A stretch of DNA of 64,000 nucleotides from an uncultured Candidatus Saccharibacteria bacterium (GTDB taxonomy: Bacteria > Patescibacteriota > Minisyncoccia > Phycocordibacterales > SBAW01). The position numbers and the translations under genes were made by a program. This document shows, one piece after another, positions 9,230-19,606 of this stretch. Below the pieces are notes generated by a model. The model ran no database searches, was not told the origin of the DNA, and saw only the letters and a list, made by a program, of their open reading frames with translations. The stretch spans positions 333,091 through 397,090 of the forward strand of contig CAZMIU010000001.1 in the NCBI GenBank assembly GCA_964566795.1, read 5' to 3'. Within the stretch, counting starts at the first letter, position 1, and the number at the start of each line of letters is the position of its first letter.

Positions 9230-10789
9230 CTATTTAAGGAGTGCCCACATGGCAGGGTCCTCTGCGCCGCCCATGCTAAACACCGCTACTCCGCGCAGGC
9301 CATACTCGCGTGCCTGGTCAATTTTGTCTTTAATCGCGATAGCATCGCTCCAGGTCACGTAGTTAAACGGCTTAGATCCGCTAAGCTGGCTGCCCAGGTT
9401 CGTGGTGGTACCATCTGCGGGGCCGATTTGCGACTGCGTCTTGGTTGCCCCCTCCCCGCTGGGCGCGTGAGCATCGCCATCGTAGTAGGTAAACCCTATC
9501 TCATTTGCACTGGTGCGATGCGGGGTTACACCCAGCTTCTTGGCCAGATCCAAAGCGTAGCCGGGGTTAAACGCCCAGAGCGACTGATAGTCAAAGCCGC
9601 CCCCGCCCTTGGGCGTCACTTTGTACTCATAGCCGTAGGTGGGCACGCCGAGTATCAGCTTCTTTTTATCAATGCTCTGCGCCGCAAGCTCAATCATGGC
9701 GCCCGTCCAACCCGGGTCGGCAACCGGGGCATACGGCGCCGAGCGCGCAGAGTTAAGGAGCTGATCTACAATGCCCTGGTCGTAGGCCATAATCTCTACC
9801 CTGTCGCAGTACTTGTTCATCGCGCTGTAGTCGTTGGCATAGTCCAGCGAGTCCGGCGGTATGGTCTGCCCAGGCAGATAGCGGTGGTTTAAGGGTGAGC
9901 GCGACTCAATAGTGCAGTAGACCCACTTTTTGCCCATGGCGGCATAGAGCTCCTTGAGGAAGGTCGAGAAGTAGTCTTTGGTGCGGGCCTGCTTGGCCTC
10001 AAAGTCGATGTCGATGCCGTCAAAGCCGTTGGCGTTTACAATGCTGACAAGCTCGGTTACCAAAGCTTTCCGCTTTGTGGCGTTGGAGAGCACCTCGTGG
10101 TTGGTGGGGCCGTCGCCAATGACGACAGACGGGACCACGCGCACCTTCTTGGCTTTTGCGTCTGCGATAAACGTCTTCCACGGCTCCATGGTCGGGATAA
10201 AGTCGCCCACGACCTGACCCTCAAAGTTAACCTTGTAGCCAAACGGCATCACCGAGGTGAGCTGGTTTAGGTGCGGCGTCACATCTGCCACCGCAGCTTC
10301 AGTACGCCAGTCGGGCATCCAGCCCGAGAACTCCAGAGGCCCTGTCCACTTGGGGCCGATAGAGTACCCGGTGAGCACGCCCTGCTGGTTTGGGTCGGAG
10401 CCTGGGGTTACACCTGCGGGAGGTGCCACATATTTACTGCCAACATTTGCCGAGCCCGCAGTGGAGCTTGTCGAGCCGCCAGTGGACGCACCACCCGCAA
10501 GCCCGAGCGCGGCCTGGGTCTTGGGACCCACCATGCCGTAGCTGCTGCCCGAGCAGACAATATTTTGTGCGCATTGAAATTTTTTCACACCCGCGAGTGT
10601 GGCCGGGCCAAAGCGCCCGTTTGGGGTTGCGGTAAGGTAGCCCTTGCCCGCAAGCGCCTCCTGCAGAGCGGTCACATCAGCACCGGTCATGCCTTGGGTG
10701 AGCGTGCGCGCTGACACGCTTGCGGGGAGCGCGGCGAGTACAAGGATAAAAACTGTGGCAGCAATGCCGAAATGTTTTGAACTATGCAT
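9230..10789 (-). CDS. secreted GH18 glycoside hydrolase with N-terminal peptidoglycan-binding domain
   Basis: signal peptide, DVTALQ..G.FGPAT..VKKFQ, FDGIDIDFE, MAYD. Confidence 0.9.
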   Translation of the reverse strand: MHSSKHFGIAATVFILVLAALPASVSARTLTQGMTGADVTALQEALAGKGYLTATPNGRFGPATLAGVKKFQCAQNIVCSGSSYGMVGPKTQAALGLAGGASTGGSTSSTAGSANVGSKYVAPPAGVTPGSDPNQQGVLTGYSIGPKWTGPLEFSGWMPDWRTEAAVADVTPHLNQLTSVMPFGYKVNFEGQVVGDFIPTMEPWKTFIADAKAKKVRVVPSVVIGDGPTNHEVLSNATKRKALVTELVSIVNANGFDGIDIDFEAKQARTKDYFSTFLKELYAAMGKKWVYCTIESRSPLNHRYLPGQTIPPDSLDYANDYSAMNKYCDRVEIMAYDQGIVDQLLNSARSAPYAPVADPGWTGAMIELAAQSIDKKKLILGVPTYGYEYKVTPKGGGGFDYQSLWAFNPGYALDLAKKLGVTPHRTSANEIGFTYYDGDAHAPSGEGATKTQSQIGPADGTTTNLGSQLSGSKPFNYVTWSDAIAIKDKIDQAREYGLRGVAVFSMGGAEDPAMWALLK

Positions 10790-10829
10790 ATATACAGTAT
10801 AGACGAGAGCGGCAGTATTTCATTACCCG

Positions 10830-11090
10830 TTACTCGTATATGCCGGCCTCTTGGCGCGGGACAAACTCGTACACCGAGCTGTCGTCCTCCTCTATATGCG
10901 AGAACGCGAGGCCCTGCTCCTCAAATATATCGAAGAACTCTCCCCACGTAAGGCGCATTAAGGACTCATCACCCTCGCCCCAGTCAAAGCGCAGTTGCGC
11001 CTCGCTGCCCTCGACAATAGCGGGCATACCTCCGCGCCCCGCCGCCCACCTGCGTATATGCGTATGATCTGTTGTGTACGTTTGCTGCAT
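10830..11090 (-). CDS. small conserved hypothetical protein
   Basis: TTDHTHIRRWA..RGG.PA..LRFD..WGEFF..FE motif. Confidence 0.75.
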   Translation of the reverse strand: MQQTYTTDHTHIRRWAAGRGGMPAIVEGSEAQLRFDWGEGDESLMRLTWGEFFDIFEEQGLAFSHIEEDDSSVYEFVPRQEAGIYE

Positions 11091-11183
11091 ACCCCACTTG
11101 TATCTCAAGCCGGGTGTAGCGCAGATGAAGTCCCGACGCTGCCAGAGGCGGTTGCAGGATCCCGACCGCTTTGCGCGTCGGGA

Positions 11184-11741
11184 CTACCAACCCAGGCCCC
11201 GTGCGGCAAAGCCTATAAGCAGTATGCCGAGCGCGTTCATGGTGTAGGAGATAACAAAAAAATACCGGTTATTGATCTTTGAGAGCCCCAAGAGCGCTAA
11301 GCCCAGCTCGTCCGGCAAGGGCGATGCAATGATAAGCGCGCCCACTATGGGGAGCACGCGCCTAAAGTGCCTATGCTTAAAGATATGCAAAACGCGCATA
11401 ATCCTTGGCCCGCGCAGCATAAACGTGGCATCTCTGGTTATCCTGTCGCGCACAAACAAGAAGATGATGAAGTCGCCGAGCACGGCGCCAAAGGCCCCGA
11501 CCAGGGCCACAGCGTACATGTTGCCCTCCTGCGACAACTCGCCCAAGACCGCAATAGCGGGCGCGGTAGTGACAACCGAGGTAAAGAATGCGCCCGCAAT
11601 AAGGCTCGCCCATAACACGCCGTCGCCCGTGTACTGCAGAGCCGCATGCACCAAGTCGTAGTGCACGATAGCCCACGCCGCCACAAGCGAGAGCAAAATA
11701 ATCAGGCCATCTTCGCGCAGATGCGAACGAGCACGCTTCAT
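11184..11741 (-). CDS. membrane protein (VTT/DedA-like)
   Basis: GAVLGD, SPLPDELG, multiple TM helices. Confidence 0.75.
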   Translation of the reverse strand: MKRARSHLREDGLIILLSLVAAWAIVHYDLVHAALQYTGDGVLWASLIAGAFFTSVVTTAPAIAVLGELSQEGNMYAVALVGAFGAVLGDFIIFLFVRDRITRDATFMLRGPRIMRVLHIFKHRHFRRVLPIVGALIIASPLPDELGLALLGLSKINNRYFFVISYTMNALGILLIGFAARGLGW

Positions 11742-11837
11742 CTCTCTAGTATCACACAACAATTTCCGCAATATTGGGGTGCTAAGCACCCATATTTTGG
11801 CATTTTTGTGGTGTAATTTTATTTACCTTTTGCCCTC

Positions 11838-12242
11838 TTACTCGCTCATGGAGCCGTCCCAGTGGTCGTTAGGCTCGTCGGCGTCTGTATCTGCTTTTGT
11901 CTTGTGCACCAGCCCGTCTTTGTGGTTGGGTGGCGAGTATACCGTGTAGAGCTTAAGCGGCACCTCGCTCGAGGTATTTACAACATTATGCTTGGTGCCT
12001 GCCGGCACCGTAATAGAGAAGCCATCGCTCACCTCGTGCTCAACGCCGTTTACTATCGCCTTGCCCTGCCCCATCTCAATGCGCAAAAACTGGTCTACAT
12101 CTGTATGGGTCTCCTCGCCTATCTCGCCACCCGGCACAATACTCATCACCACCAGCTGCTGGTGTTTGCTGGTGTAGAGCACCTTTCTAAAATTATCGTT
12201 GGCAAACGTCTCCTTCTCGATATCTGTTACAAAGCCTTTCAT
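11838..12242 (-). CDS. cupin domain protein
   Basis: IGEETH..DQF..VPAGTKHN. Confidence 0.92.
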   Translation of the reverse strand: MKGFVTDIEKETFANDNFRKVLYTSKHQQLVVMSIVPGGEIGEETHTDVDQFLRIEMGQGKAIVNGVEHEVSDGFSITVPAGTKHNVVNTSSEVPLKLYTVYSPPNHKDGLVHKTKADTDADEPNDHWDGSMSE

Positions 12243-12259
12243 AAGGCTAGTATATCAAA

Positions 12260-14023
12260 TTAGCGCATGCGGCCGCCTGGCTTTTTGCGCAGGCGCACCG
12301 ACTTGGGGGTAACCTCCAGGTACTCATCGCCCTGCATGACCTCAAGGCCGCGCTCGATGGTGAGCGTGTACGGCGGGATAAGCTGAATTGCCTCGTCAGA
12401 GCCGGAGGCGCGCATGTTGGTGAGCTGCTTGCCCTTGGTCGGGTTGGCAAACATCTCGTCGCCCTTACTTGTGTTGCCTATAACCATGCCCTCATACACC
12501 TCGGTGGCGGCACCAATGTAGAGCGTGCCGCGGTCCTGCAGGTTATAGAGCGAAAAGCCAAGCGCCTTGCCTGCGGCCATGGAGACCATGGAGCCCACGG
12601 CGCGCTTCTCTATCTCGCCGGCGTGCGGCCTAAACTCAACAAAGCGCGAGGAGAAGATGCCCTCTCCCTTAGTATCCAAAACAAACTGCGAGCGGTAGCC
12701 GAGCAATCCGCGTGTGGGGCCCTCAAATATCATGCGCACTGCGCCATGACCCAGCTTCACATCCTTGAGTATCGCCTTGCGCTTGCCAAGCTTCTCGATG
12801 ATGGCGCCCTGATACTCCTCTGGGGTGTCGATAGTGACCTCCTCAAACGGCTCGAGCGTGACACCATTCTCCTCATGGAAGATTACCTGCGGCTCAGATA
12901 CCTGGAGCTCGTAGCCCTCGCGGCGCATGTTCTCCAAAAGGATGGCGATGTGGAGCTCGCCGCGGCCGTACACCCTAAACGCCTCTGCGGAAGAGAAGTC
13001 TATTTTGAGCCCCACGTTTATCTCAAGCTCCTTCTCGAGCCTGTCGCGGATCTGGCGCGTTGTTACAAACTTGCCCTCGCGGCCCGCAAACGGACTGTTG
13101 TTAACCAGGAAGTTCAGGCCGATGGTGGGCTCGTCCACGGCGATAGTAGGCAGGGGCTCCACCTCTGCGCTCTCACCCACCGTGTCGCCGATGTATACGT
13201 CGCCGAGGCCCGCCACCAGTACAATGTCGCCGGCCTGCGCCTCTGGGATCTCCACGCGCTCCAACCCCTTAAAGGAGAATATTTTTATAACCTTGGCCGC
13301 ATGGCCGGAGCCGTCTGGCTTTTTAACAAAAAGGTTTTGTCCTGTCTTGAGCACGCCCTCATAAATGCGTACCACCGCCAAACGGCCCAAAAAGTTGTCG
13401 TAGCCGAGGTTAAACGGCTGCGCGCGCATGGGCTTCTGTGCAAGGGACTGGTCTACAGAGGGCACATGCTCGAGTATCGCGTCCAAAAGCGGCGTGAGGT
13501 CCTTAGAGTCGTCGTCGAGCTTCTTTTTTGCAATACCCTGGCGGCCTATCGCGTAGATGACCGGGAAGTTGCTCTGCTCGTCGTTGGCGCCCAGCTCCAA
13601 AAAGAGCTCTAGCACCTGCTCCTCTGCCTGTGCCGGGTTTGCTGCGGGCTTGTCGATCTTGTTGATGATAACCATGGGGCGCAGGCCAAGCTCCAGCGAC
13701 TTCTTAAGTACAAAGCGGGTCTGGGGCATCGGGCCCTCCTGCGCATCTACCACCAACAGCACCGAGTCGATGCTACGCAGCACGCGCTCCACCTCCGAGC
13801 CAAAGTCGGCGTGGCCCGGGGTGTCTACAATGTTTATTTTGGTGCCCTTGTACTCCACGGCCGCGTTCTTAGCGTAAATCGTGATACCGCGCTCGCGCTC
13901 GAGGTCGTTGCTATCCATCGAGGTGCCCTCGGCCGCGGCATTAGTCTGGCGCAAAATAGCGTCAGTGAGCGTGGTTTTGCCGTGGTCCACGTGGGCGATG
14001 ATGGCGATATTGCGGATTTCCAT
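12260..14023 (-). CDS. typA: translational GTPase TypA/BipA
   Basis: [41 protein letters not shown]. Confidence 0.97.
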   Translation of the reverse strand: MEIRNIAIIAHVDHGKTTLTDAILRQTNAAAEGTSMDSNDLERERGITIYAKNAAVEYKGTKINIVDTPGHADFGSEVERVLRSIDSVLLVVDAQEGPMPQTRFVLKKSLELGLRPMVIINKIDKPAANPAQAEEQVLELFLELGANDEQSNFPVIYAIGRQGIAKKKLDDDSKDLTPLLDAILEHVPSVDQSLAQKPMRAQPFNLGYDNFLGRLAVVRIYEGVLKTGQNLFVKKPDGSGHAAKVIKIFSFKGLERVEIPEAQAGDIVLVAGLGDVYIGDTVGESAEVEPLPTIAVDEPTIGLNFLVNNSPFAGREGKFVTTRQIRDRLEKELEINVGLKIDFSSAEAFRVYGRGELHIAILLENMRREGYELQVSEPQVIFHEENGVTLEPFEEVTIDTPEEYQGAIIEKLGKRKAILKDVKLGHGAVRMIFEGPTRGLLGYRSQFVLDTKGEGIFSSRFVEFRPHAGEIEKRAVGSMVSMAAGKALGFSLYNLQDRGTLYIGAATEVYEGMVIGNTSKGDEMFANPTKGKQLTNMRASGSDEAIQLIPPYTLTIERGLEVMQGDEYLEVTPKSVRLRKKPGGRMR

Positions 14024-14153
14024 AGTCAAAATGAAAAGGCGGGCTGGCCCCGCGCTTCCTTATATATACTATACCTCGATTACAAGATTACACAAGTCGT
14101 TTTGTAATATTGTTTTGTGTACCGCCCGCGGCCAAAACTCGTAGGCTTAAGAG

Positions 14154-14693
14154 ATGCGCCATGGTGAGCAAAGTAAGCTGTTTGACCTACCGGAGCAGTT
14201 GCCTACCGGGCTTGTATACCGCCCAGAGTTTGTCACCCCGCACGAGGAGGAGGTCTTGCTGGCTTACATAGACAACCTCTCGATGCCGCTCATGAAGTTC
14301 CGCGAGCATAGGTCCAAGCGCCGCGGGATGAATTTTGAGGGTGTGCTGCCGCTGTTTTTACAACCCCTGCAACGCCGCATAGCTAAATGGCTCGATGTCC
14401 CCGCACGGCGCATCAACGAGGCGTTTGTGCAGGAGTATCCGGTAGGCTATGGCATTGGCTGGCATAGAGACCGTGAGACTCCGCTTGTAGTGGGGGTGTC
14501 TTTGCGCGGATGGGCGCGCATGCGCTTTAGGCCTTTGGATAAAATCGGTGACGCCCAGGCTGTAGTCTCATTTGAGGTCGAACCTAGAAGTGTCTACGTG
14601 ATGCAAAAGGAGATAGCCACCCGCTGGCAGCACAGCGTGGCCCCTGTCGAGGCCCCGCGGGTCTCTATCACCTTGCGTATGCTGCTTACTTAG
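14154..14693 (+). CDS. AlkB-like 2OG-Fe(II) oxygenase
   Basis: IGWHRD, WQHSV, RVSITLR. Confidence 0.85.
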   Translation: MRHGEQSKLFDLPEQLPTGLVYRPEFVTPHEEEVLLAYIDNLSMPLMKFREHRSKRRGMNFEGVLPLFLQPLQRRIAKWLDVPARRINEAFVQEYPVGYGIGWHRDRETPLVVGVSLRGWARMRFRPLDKIGDAQAVVSFEVEPRSVYVMQKEIATRWQHSVAPVEAPRVSITLRMLLT

Positions 14694-16137
14694 ACAAATC
14701 GAGCACCTCATCGATGCGCACCTGTGCCACAAACTCCGGCACGTGGCTCACAAGTATCATCGGGCCCTCGTAGGCCGAGAGCGCCTGCGCTATTACCGGC
14801 AGGTGGCGGAAGTTGATGTGGTTGGTGGGCTCGTCGAGTATAAGGAGCCCCGGCTTGAGCAATACCAGGCGCGCAAACGCCACGAGGCCCTTTTGCCCCT
14901 CACTAAGCGTGCCAATCTTGGAGTGGAACAGCTCTCCCGAGATGAGAAACCCAGATGCCACACGGCGCACCTCCTCCTCTATGGGGCGGCTCAATACCGC
15001 CGAGAGTTCCTGGTACACCGTTTTGTCAAAGTCGAGGTTGGAGAAGTCCTGGCGATAGTAGCCTATGCGCACGCCTTTTTGCAGGGTTGCTCCCTTGGCG
15101 CTGCCGTCTGCCAGAGACTGCAGCAGGGTCGACTTGCCTATGCCGTTTGGACCGGCAAGCAGGAGGTGGAAGTTCTTTCTAAGAGACGCCTTCTTTTTGC
15201 GCTCAACCGGCTTGTGCTTTTGTATGACCGTCATCGAGGTAATGGCGAGCACCTCGCCAATGAGCCCGTCCTGCATCGGGATTTTAAACGGACGTATGGC
15301 CTTGTCCTCTTTGCGTACATCTACCTTCTCCTCCTCAAGCTCCTCGGCCTTCTCGCGCATGCGCTTGGCTACCATGCGCATCTGGCCTCCCTTGTTTGCA
15401 AAGAAGTTGGCCTTGTCCTTATTCTCCTGTATCTCTTTGGCCAACAGCGCGTTTTTGCGGTTTTCCTTCTCGATGCGGGCAGATATGTCCTCAAGCACAT
15501 CGTCATAGTTGCCGACATACTGCTCCACCTTGCGTGTTCTCGCATCAAGGTAGAGCACGCCCTGCGTAAACGAGTTTAAAAACTCGGCGTCGTGCGATAT
15601 AACCACCACAGTCTTTTTGTACTCGACAAGAAACTTGGTAAGGTGCGCAATCCCTTCGTGATCGAGGTTGTTAGTTGGCTCGTCGAGCAAAAGGAGGTCC
15701 GGATTTTGTATAAGGGCCGAGGCCAACAAGAGGCGTGCCTGCTGCCCACCCGAGAAGGAGCGCACTATGCGCTCGTGCGGGGCCAACAGATTAACCACCT
15801 CAAGCACCTGGTCGATGCGCGGGTCTATGTCGTACACCTTCTTGGGAAATACGTTTTGAAAAAACTCACGCACTGTAAGGTCGAGCTGGTCACGAGGGAT
15901 AACTTGGCGGCCTATCGCGATTGAGAGGCCGTTTTGGATTATGATGCGACCGTCCTGCGGTGCCTGCGCACCGGTAATAAGCCCAAAGATAGTACTCTTG
16001 CCTGCGCCGTTTTGGCCCATGAGCGTGATCTTTTGGCCGCGGCGAATCGAAAAGTCCACCCCGTCGAGGATGGGCTTTTTGATTCCGAAGTCGTGACTAA
16101 CTCCCTGAAACCGCACAATAACCTCGCCCGCTGTCAT
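14686..16137 (-). CDS. ABC-F family ATPase
   Basis: two ABC domains (GQNGAGKS, GPNGIGKS, DEPTN twice), no TM domain. Confidence 0.93.
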   Translation of the reverse strand: MTAGEVIVRFQGVSHDFGIKKPILDGVDFSIRRGQKITLMGQNGAGKSTIFGLITGAQAPQDGRIIIQNGLSIAIGRQVIPRDQLDLTVREFFQNVFPKKVYDIDPRIDQVLEVVNLLAPHERIVRSFSGGQQARLLLASALIQNPDLLLLDEPTNNLDHEGIAHLTKFLVEYKKTVVVISHDAEFLNSFTQGVLYLDARTRKVEQYVGNYDDVLEDISARIEKENRKNALLAKEIQENKDKANFFANKGGQMRMVAKRMREKAEELEEEKVDVRKEDKAIRPFKIPMQDGLIGEVLAITSMTVIQKHKPVERKKKASLRKNFHLLLAGPNGIGKSTLLQSLADGSAKGATLQKGVRIGYYRQDFSNLDFDKTVYQELSAVLSRPIEEEVRRVASGFLISGELFHSKIGTLSEGQKGLVAFARLVLLKPGLLILDEPTNHINFRHLPVIAQALSAYEGPMILVSHVPEFVAQVRIDEVLDLSK

Positions 16138-16172
16138 GCACTACACAATACCACACGTTTGAGAGAAATCAA

Positions 16173-17411
16173 TTAGAGCTCATCTTCTGCGTCTTTGGCG
16201 AGGTCCTCGGCATCGCGGCCCAGCTCTTTTGCCTCGTCGTAGTCCCTGTCGTCATATGCGTCCTCAGCATCACTCAGCTTATTCTTGGCATCTTTGAGTA
16301 CATCGCGCGCATCTTTAACGTCGTCGCCGTCATCCTCTGCGTCATCTATCTTCTCCTTGGCGTCGTTGTACGCGTCCTGCGCATCCTCTATGGCGTCCTC
16401 TGCCTTCTGCTTGTCGCTCTTGTCGTCGTCATCGTCGCTGTCCTCATCTATCGCATCAAGCGCGTCGTTGGCCTGGCTGCGTGCCTCTTTGGCGAGTTTC
16501 TTTGCCTTGTCGTAGTCCTCGTCCTTGTTGGCAGTCTTGGCATCTTTGAGCATCTTCTCCGCATCAGCAAAGAGGTCCTCGGCCTCGTCGACATCCTTGC
16601 CGTCGTCGTCGGCCTGGTTTATCTCATCCTCCACGGCATCAAGCCTGTCCTCCACATCATCTATAAGACTATCTATTTCATCCTCCTCAGACTCACCGCC
16701 TGCATCCTCAAACGCATCGGTTGCATTTTTAAGAGCCTCTTCTGCCTTGCCCGTCGCCTCATCGTAGTCATTCTTGAAGTAGGCCATCACCGCATCAAAG
16801 ATGTCATCCTGGGCATCCTCGAGATTGCCTTTGGCTTTTGCCACATCGCCGCCGCCATCATCTATCTGCTCGTCTGCCTCCTCGTACATGTCGAGCGCTT
16901 TCTCTATAGCGTCGCTCGCCTTCTTTTGGTCGCCTGTGGTGCCGGCCGATGCGGCCTTGGCTGCCGCAAGCTCCTGCGTGAGCGAGGAGACCTGCGAGGT
17001 AAGCGATATGATGGTTGCTGCGTTACCCGCGCTCTCGGTCGAGGCGCCAAGCACAGTGGGAGTGGAACCTGAGTCTGCAAGGCTTGCGTACTTGGCACGC
17101 GATTGTGCGCCAAAGTAGCCTATAGCCGGCGAGAGCCCTTGGGCCTGCTGCCACTTAACCACTGCATCTGTGGTTTTGTCGCCAAACTGGGTTGTCTCGT
17201 GGCCCGGGGAGCCGCCACCGGAGGTGGCAATAGTGTAGCCGTTGTCGTTGAGATACTTTTGCAGGCACATGACGTCTGTGCCTACCATCCCCTTCTCTAA
17301 GTTGCGGGTAAAGGTGCACGAGGCGGCGTGCGCCGGCGTGACAGCTATAAGCGAGAGTACAAAAACCAGGCCCAAAGCCAATAAAAGCGTGCGGGATTTC
17401 ACTAGAGTCAT
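16173..17411 (-). CDS. secreted protein: peptidoglycan-binding domain plus acidic helical repeats
   Basis: signal peptide, DVMCLQKYLN..FG..T..AV.KWQ, three D/E/A-rich repeats containing DYD.A. Confidence 0.85.
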   Translation of the reverse strand: MTLVKSRTLLLALGLVFVLSLIAVTPAHAASCTFTRNLEKGMVGTDVMCLQKYLNDNGYTIATSGGGSPGHETTQFGDKTTDAVVKWQQAQGLSPAIGYFGAQSRAKYASLADSGSTPTVLGASTESAGNAATIISLTSQVSSLTQELAAAKAASAGTTGDQKKASDAIEKALDMYEEADEQIDDGGGDVAKAKGNLEDAQDDIFDAVMAYFKNDYDEATGKAEEALKNATDAFEDAGGESEEDEIDSLIDDVEDRLDAVEDEINQADDDGKDVDEAEDLFADAEKMLKDAKTANKDEDYDKAKKLAKEARSQANDALDAIDEDSDDDDDKSDKQKAEDAIEDAQDAYNDAKEKIDDAEDDGDDVKDARDVLKDAKNKLSDAEDAYDDRDYDEAKELGRDAEDLAKDAEDEL

Positions 17412-17454
17412 CCCTTAAGTATAGGGCAGGTTTTGGGGATATCCCCACCCTCGA

Positions 17455-17853
17455 TTATTTCTTCTTACGGGCAGCCTGTGCCTTTTTAATATTGGCTTTT
17501 TGGGCCTTTTTCATCGCCGGGGTGGGCTTTTTGGCCTCGGGCACGTTGCGCGGATGCGCCCTAAATATGTCGCCCTTTATATGTACAATGGGCCCCTTAA
17601 TCTGCTTGAGCACGCTCCTCTCCTTTGCACCGGTGATTTTTAAATGCCCTTTAACGACGTCCGCCTTGTCCTTGGCAACAAGCCACGAGACCGTGTCCCA
17701 ACTGCCACTCCTGCGGTGTCCGGCCAGTCTCTCAAGCCCGCCTTTCTTCCCCACATCCTGCACCCTAAAGCTTGAGAACTGACCCTTGGGACGCAGCTCG
17801 ATGCGGTAAAACTTGCCTTTGCCTGTCGAGCCCGGAGCTTTGCGTTTTGCCAT
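17455..17853 (-). CDS. basic hypothetical protein
   Basis: Lys/Arg-rich ORF in operon context. Confidence 0.75.
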   Translation of the reverse strand: MAKRKAPGSTGKGKFYRIELRPKGQFSSFRVQDVGKKGGLERLAGHRRSGSWDTVSWLVAKDKADVVKGHLKITGAKERSVLKQIKGPIVHIKGDIFRAHPRNVPEAKKPTPAMKKAQKANIKKAQAARKKK

Positions 17854-17861
17854 ACGTAGTA

Positions 17862-18341
17862 TCAGTTACCTTTTAATGGGATCTCCTGCAGCACGTGCCC
17901 GCTGCCGTCTAGCTGGAACGCGTAGTCTGCCCAGCGTACCCATGTGGGCTTGATCCACACGACAACAATGTCTTTAGGGTCGAGTTTGCTTATAGGGCCA
18001 TAAAACCAATTGTTGGAGTTCAGCACCTCCATGAGCAGAGGGAGCTTTTCCTTGGCCTCGTCGTCAAGCGATATGTCCATGGCCACGCCCTCCATCTGGA
18101 GCGTTTGCGGCACGTCGGGTGTTGAGACGGTAAAAGCTACCTTGGGGTTGGCCTCGAGCGCTACAAACTTGCGGCTGTCGATGAGCGTGAGAAAGAAGAT
18201 ATTAAAATTGTCATCGACAGTATAAAACACCATGCTTGCATGCGGCCCGCCGCCCGGGGCAACAGTCGCGAGCACTCCCGTTTTGTGATGCTTTAAAAAC
18301 GAGAGGGCGTCTTTGCGGGCGTTTTCGGTATTGCTGTCCAT
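17862..18341 (-). CDS. pyridoxamine 5'-phosphate oxidase-like FMN-binding protein
   Basis: GVLATV..PH..SRK..L.ANPKVAFTV. Confidence 0.85.
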   Translation of the reverse strand: MDSNTENARKDALSFLKHHKTGVLATVAPGGGPHASMVFYTVDDNFNIFFLTLIDSRKFVALEANPKVAFTVSTPDVPQTLQMEGVAMDISLDDEAKEKLPLLMEVLNSNNWFYGPISKLDPKDIVVVWIKPTWVRWADYAFQLDGSGHVLQEIPLKGN

Positions 18342-18345
18342 ATAT

Positions 18346-18507
18346 CTAGGCCATCGCCGACAATGCTACGCCCAGGTAATACGGCCAGATAACTATTGCC
18401 AGTACTCCCTGCCAAAACCCCAGATGCAGGTAGCCTATAGTAAACAACCAAGCCGCAACCCATACCCCTCCTGATAATGTGTGGTGCTCTATCTTGATCT
18501 TCTCCAT
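18346..18507 (-). CDS. small membrane protein (53 aa, not in ORF track)
   Basis: MEKIKIEHHTLSGGVWVAAWLFTIGYLHLGFWQGVLAIVIWPYYLG; TATGAT-N6-ATG. Confidence 0.7.
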   Translation of the reverse strand: MEKIKIEHHTLSGGVWVAAWLFTIGYLHLGFWQGVLAIVIWPYYLGVALSAMA

Positions 18508-18536
18508 AGGGTAATCATACTCCTATCTGGAGAGCG

Positions 18537-19103
18537 TCAATAGGGGTGTTTTGTGCGGGACAGTATGCCAACCATGCCGGTATTGAGCATAATCATGGCT
18601 ATCGAGTGGAGCGTTGTAGCCAGGTTGTATGTCTGCAAGGACGCCAGTATAAGCATGTGTCTGAGCACGTTCGAGCCGTACAGCGCCCGCGACTCTGTTG
18701 ATGGATGCGCCCACGATTTGCGCACAGTGGGCGCAAACGACACCAGGTCAACGCCAACGGCAATCGCGATGGAGAGCGTGGGGTCGTTTGTCAAAACCCA
18801 CGGCACAAGGCCCGCGAGTGCGATACACAGAAACGCCGCGTCGCTTTTGGTAATGCCAGTAAACCCATACTTAAACGAAAAGAGAAATATAAGGATGGTA
18901 AAAAGTTCTGATACGGCGATAGGCAGTGCGCCAATGCCCGCGCCCTTCTCCAGCATCCCAAACAAGACAGTTGCCGAGACAATACTGCCCACAAGCCACG
19001 TGTATGGGTGCGGGCGGACCGTACCTCTTACCATGTCACGCAGATACGGCACATTGCCCACGACCGCAAGGAGCGAGGCCACAACGGCAAGAAAAATAGT
19101 CAT
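18537..19103 (-). CDS. multi-pass membrane protein
   Basis: PYLRD..G..RP..TW and PTVRKSW..P..E, PQ-loop-like halves. Confidence 0.8.
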   Translation of the reverse strand: MTIFLAVVASLLAVVGNVPYLRDMVRGTVRPHPYTWLVGSIVSATVLFGMLEKGAGIGALPIAVSELFTILIFLFSFKYGFTGITKSDAAFLCIALAGLVPWVLTNDPTLSIAIAVGVDLVSFAPTVRKSWAHPSTESRALYGSNVLRHMLILASLQTYNLATTLHSIAMIMLNTGMVGILSRTKHPY

Positions 19104-19205
19104 ACCTTTGCTGGCCGTCTCGGGCTAGAACCGTCCTCGGCCAAGCCCTGCAAGGCGGATTAGCTATATTTTACCCTAGCCCCACGACGCGTCCTGAGCG
19201 CTCTA

Positions 19206-19556
19206 TCAATTTACTAAAACGTGTATTTTCTGCTCTCGTATCTTTGAGGCCTCAGCCAAGGCGTCGGCAATCTCCTCTAAGTGGAGCCTAACCATCTCAT
19301 TGGGAATATGCATGGTGTTGTACCCATTCTTATGGGAGTAGTAGCCACGGCCCAAATCGGCCAAGATCTGCTTAGGATCGGTAAGGTGCTGGATGCCGTC
19401 TACCTCAATGTTTATTTTGGCTCTTGGGAGCGCCAAATCCACAGTTTTAAAACCGTCGTGTAATTCCACGTATACCTTTACATCCCTATCCTCTAGAGCC
19501 TGCCTTAGCGACTCGGCTTCTGCGGTCGGGACCTTAAATCGAGTTAGTTTTAGCAC
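19206..19556 (-). CDS. DUF559/Vsr-like endonuclease domain protein
   Basis: PTAEAESL..VDL..IEVDGIQH. Confidence 0.8.
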   Translation of the reverse strand: MLKLTRFKVPTAEAESLRQALEDRDVKVYVELHDGFKTVDLALPRAKINIEVDGIQHLTDPKQILADLGRGYYSHKNGYNTMHIPNEMVRLHLEEIADALAEASKIREQKIHVLVN

Positions 19557-19606
19557 ACCCCTATTCTACCGCTGTTTTCAGGCAGAAAGTGACAATAGTG
19601 ACACTT

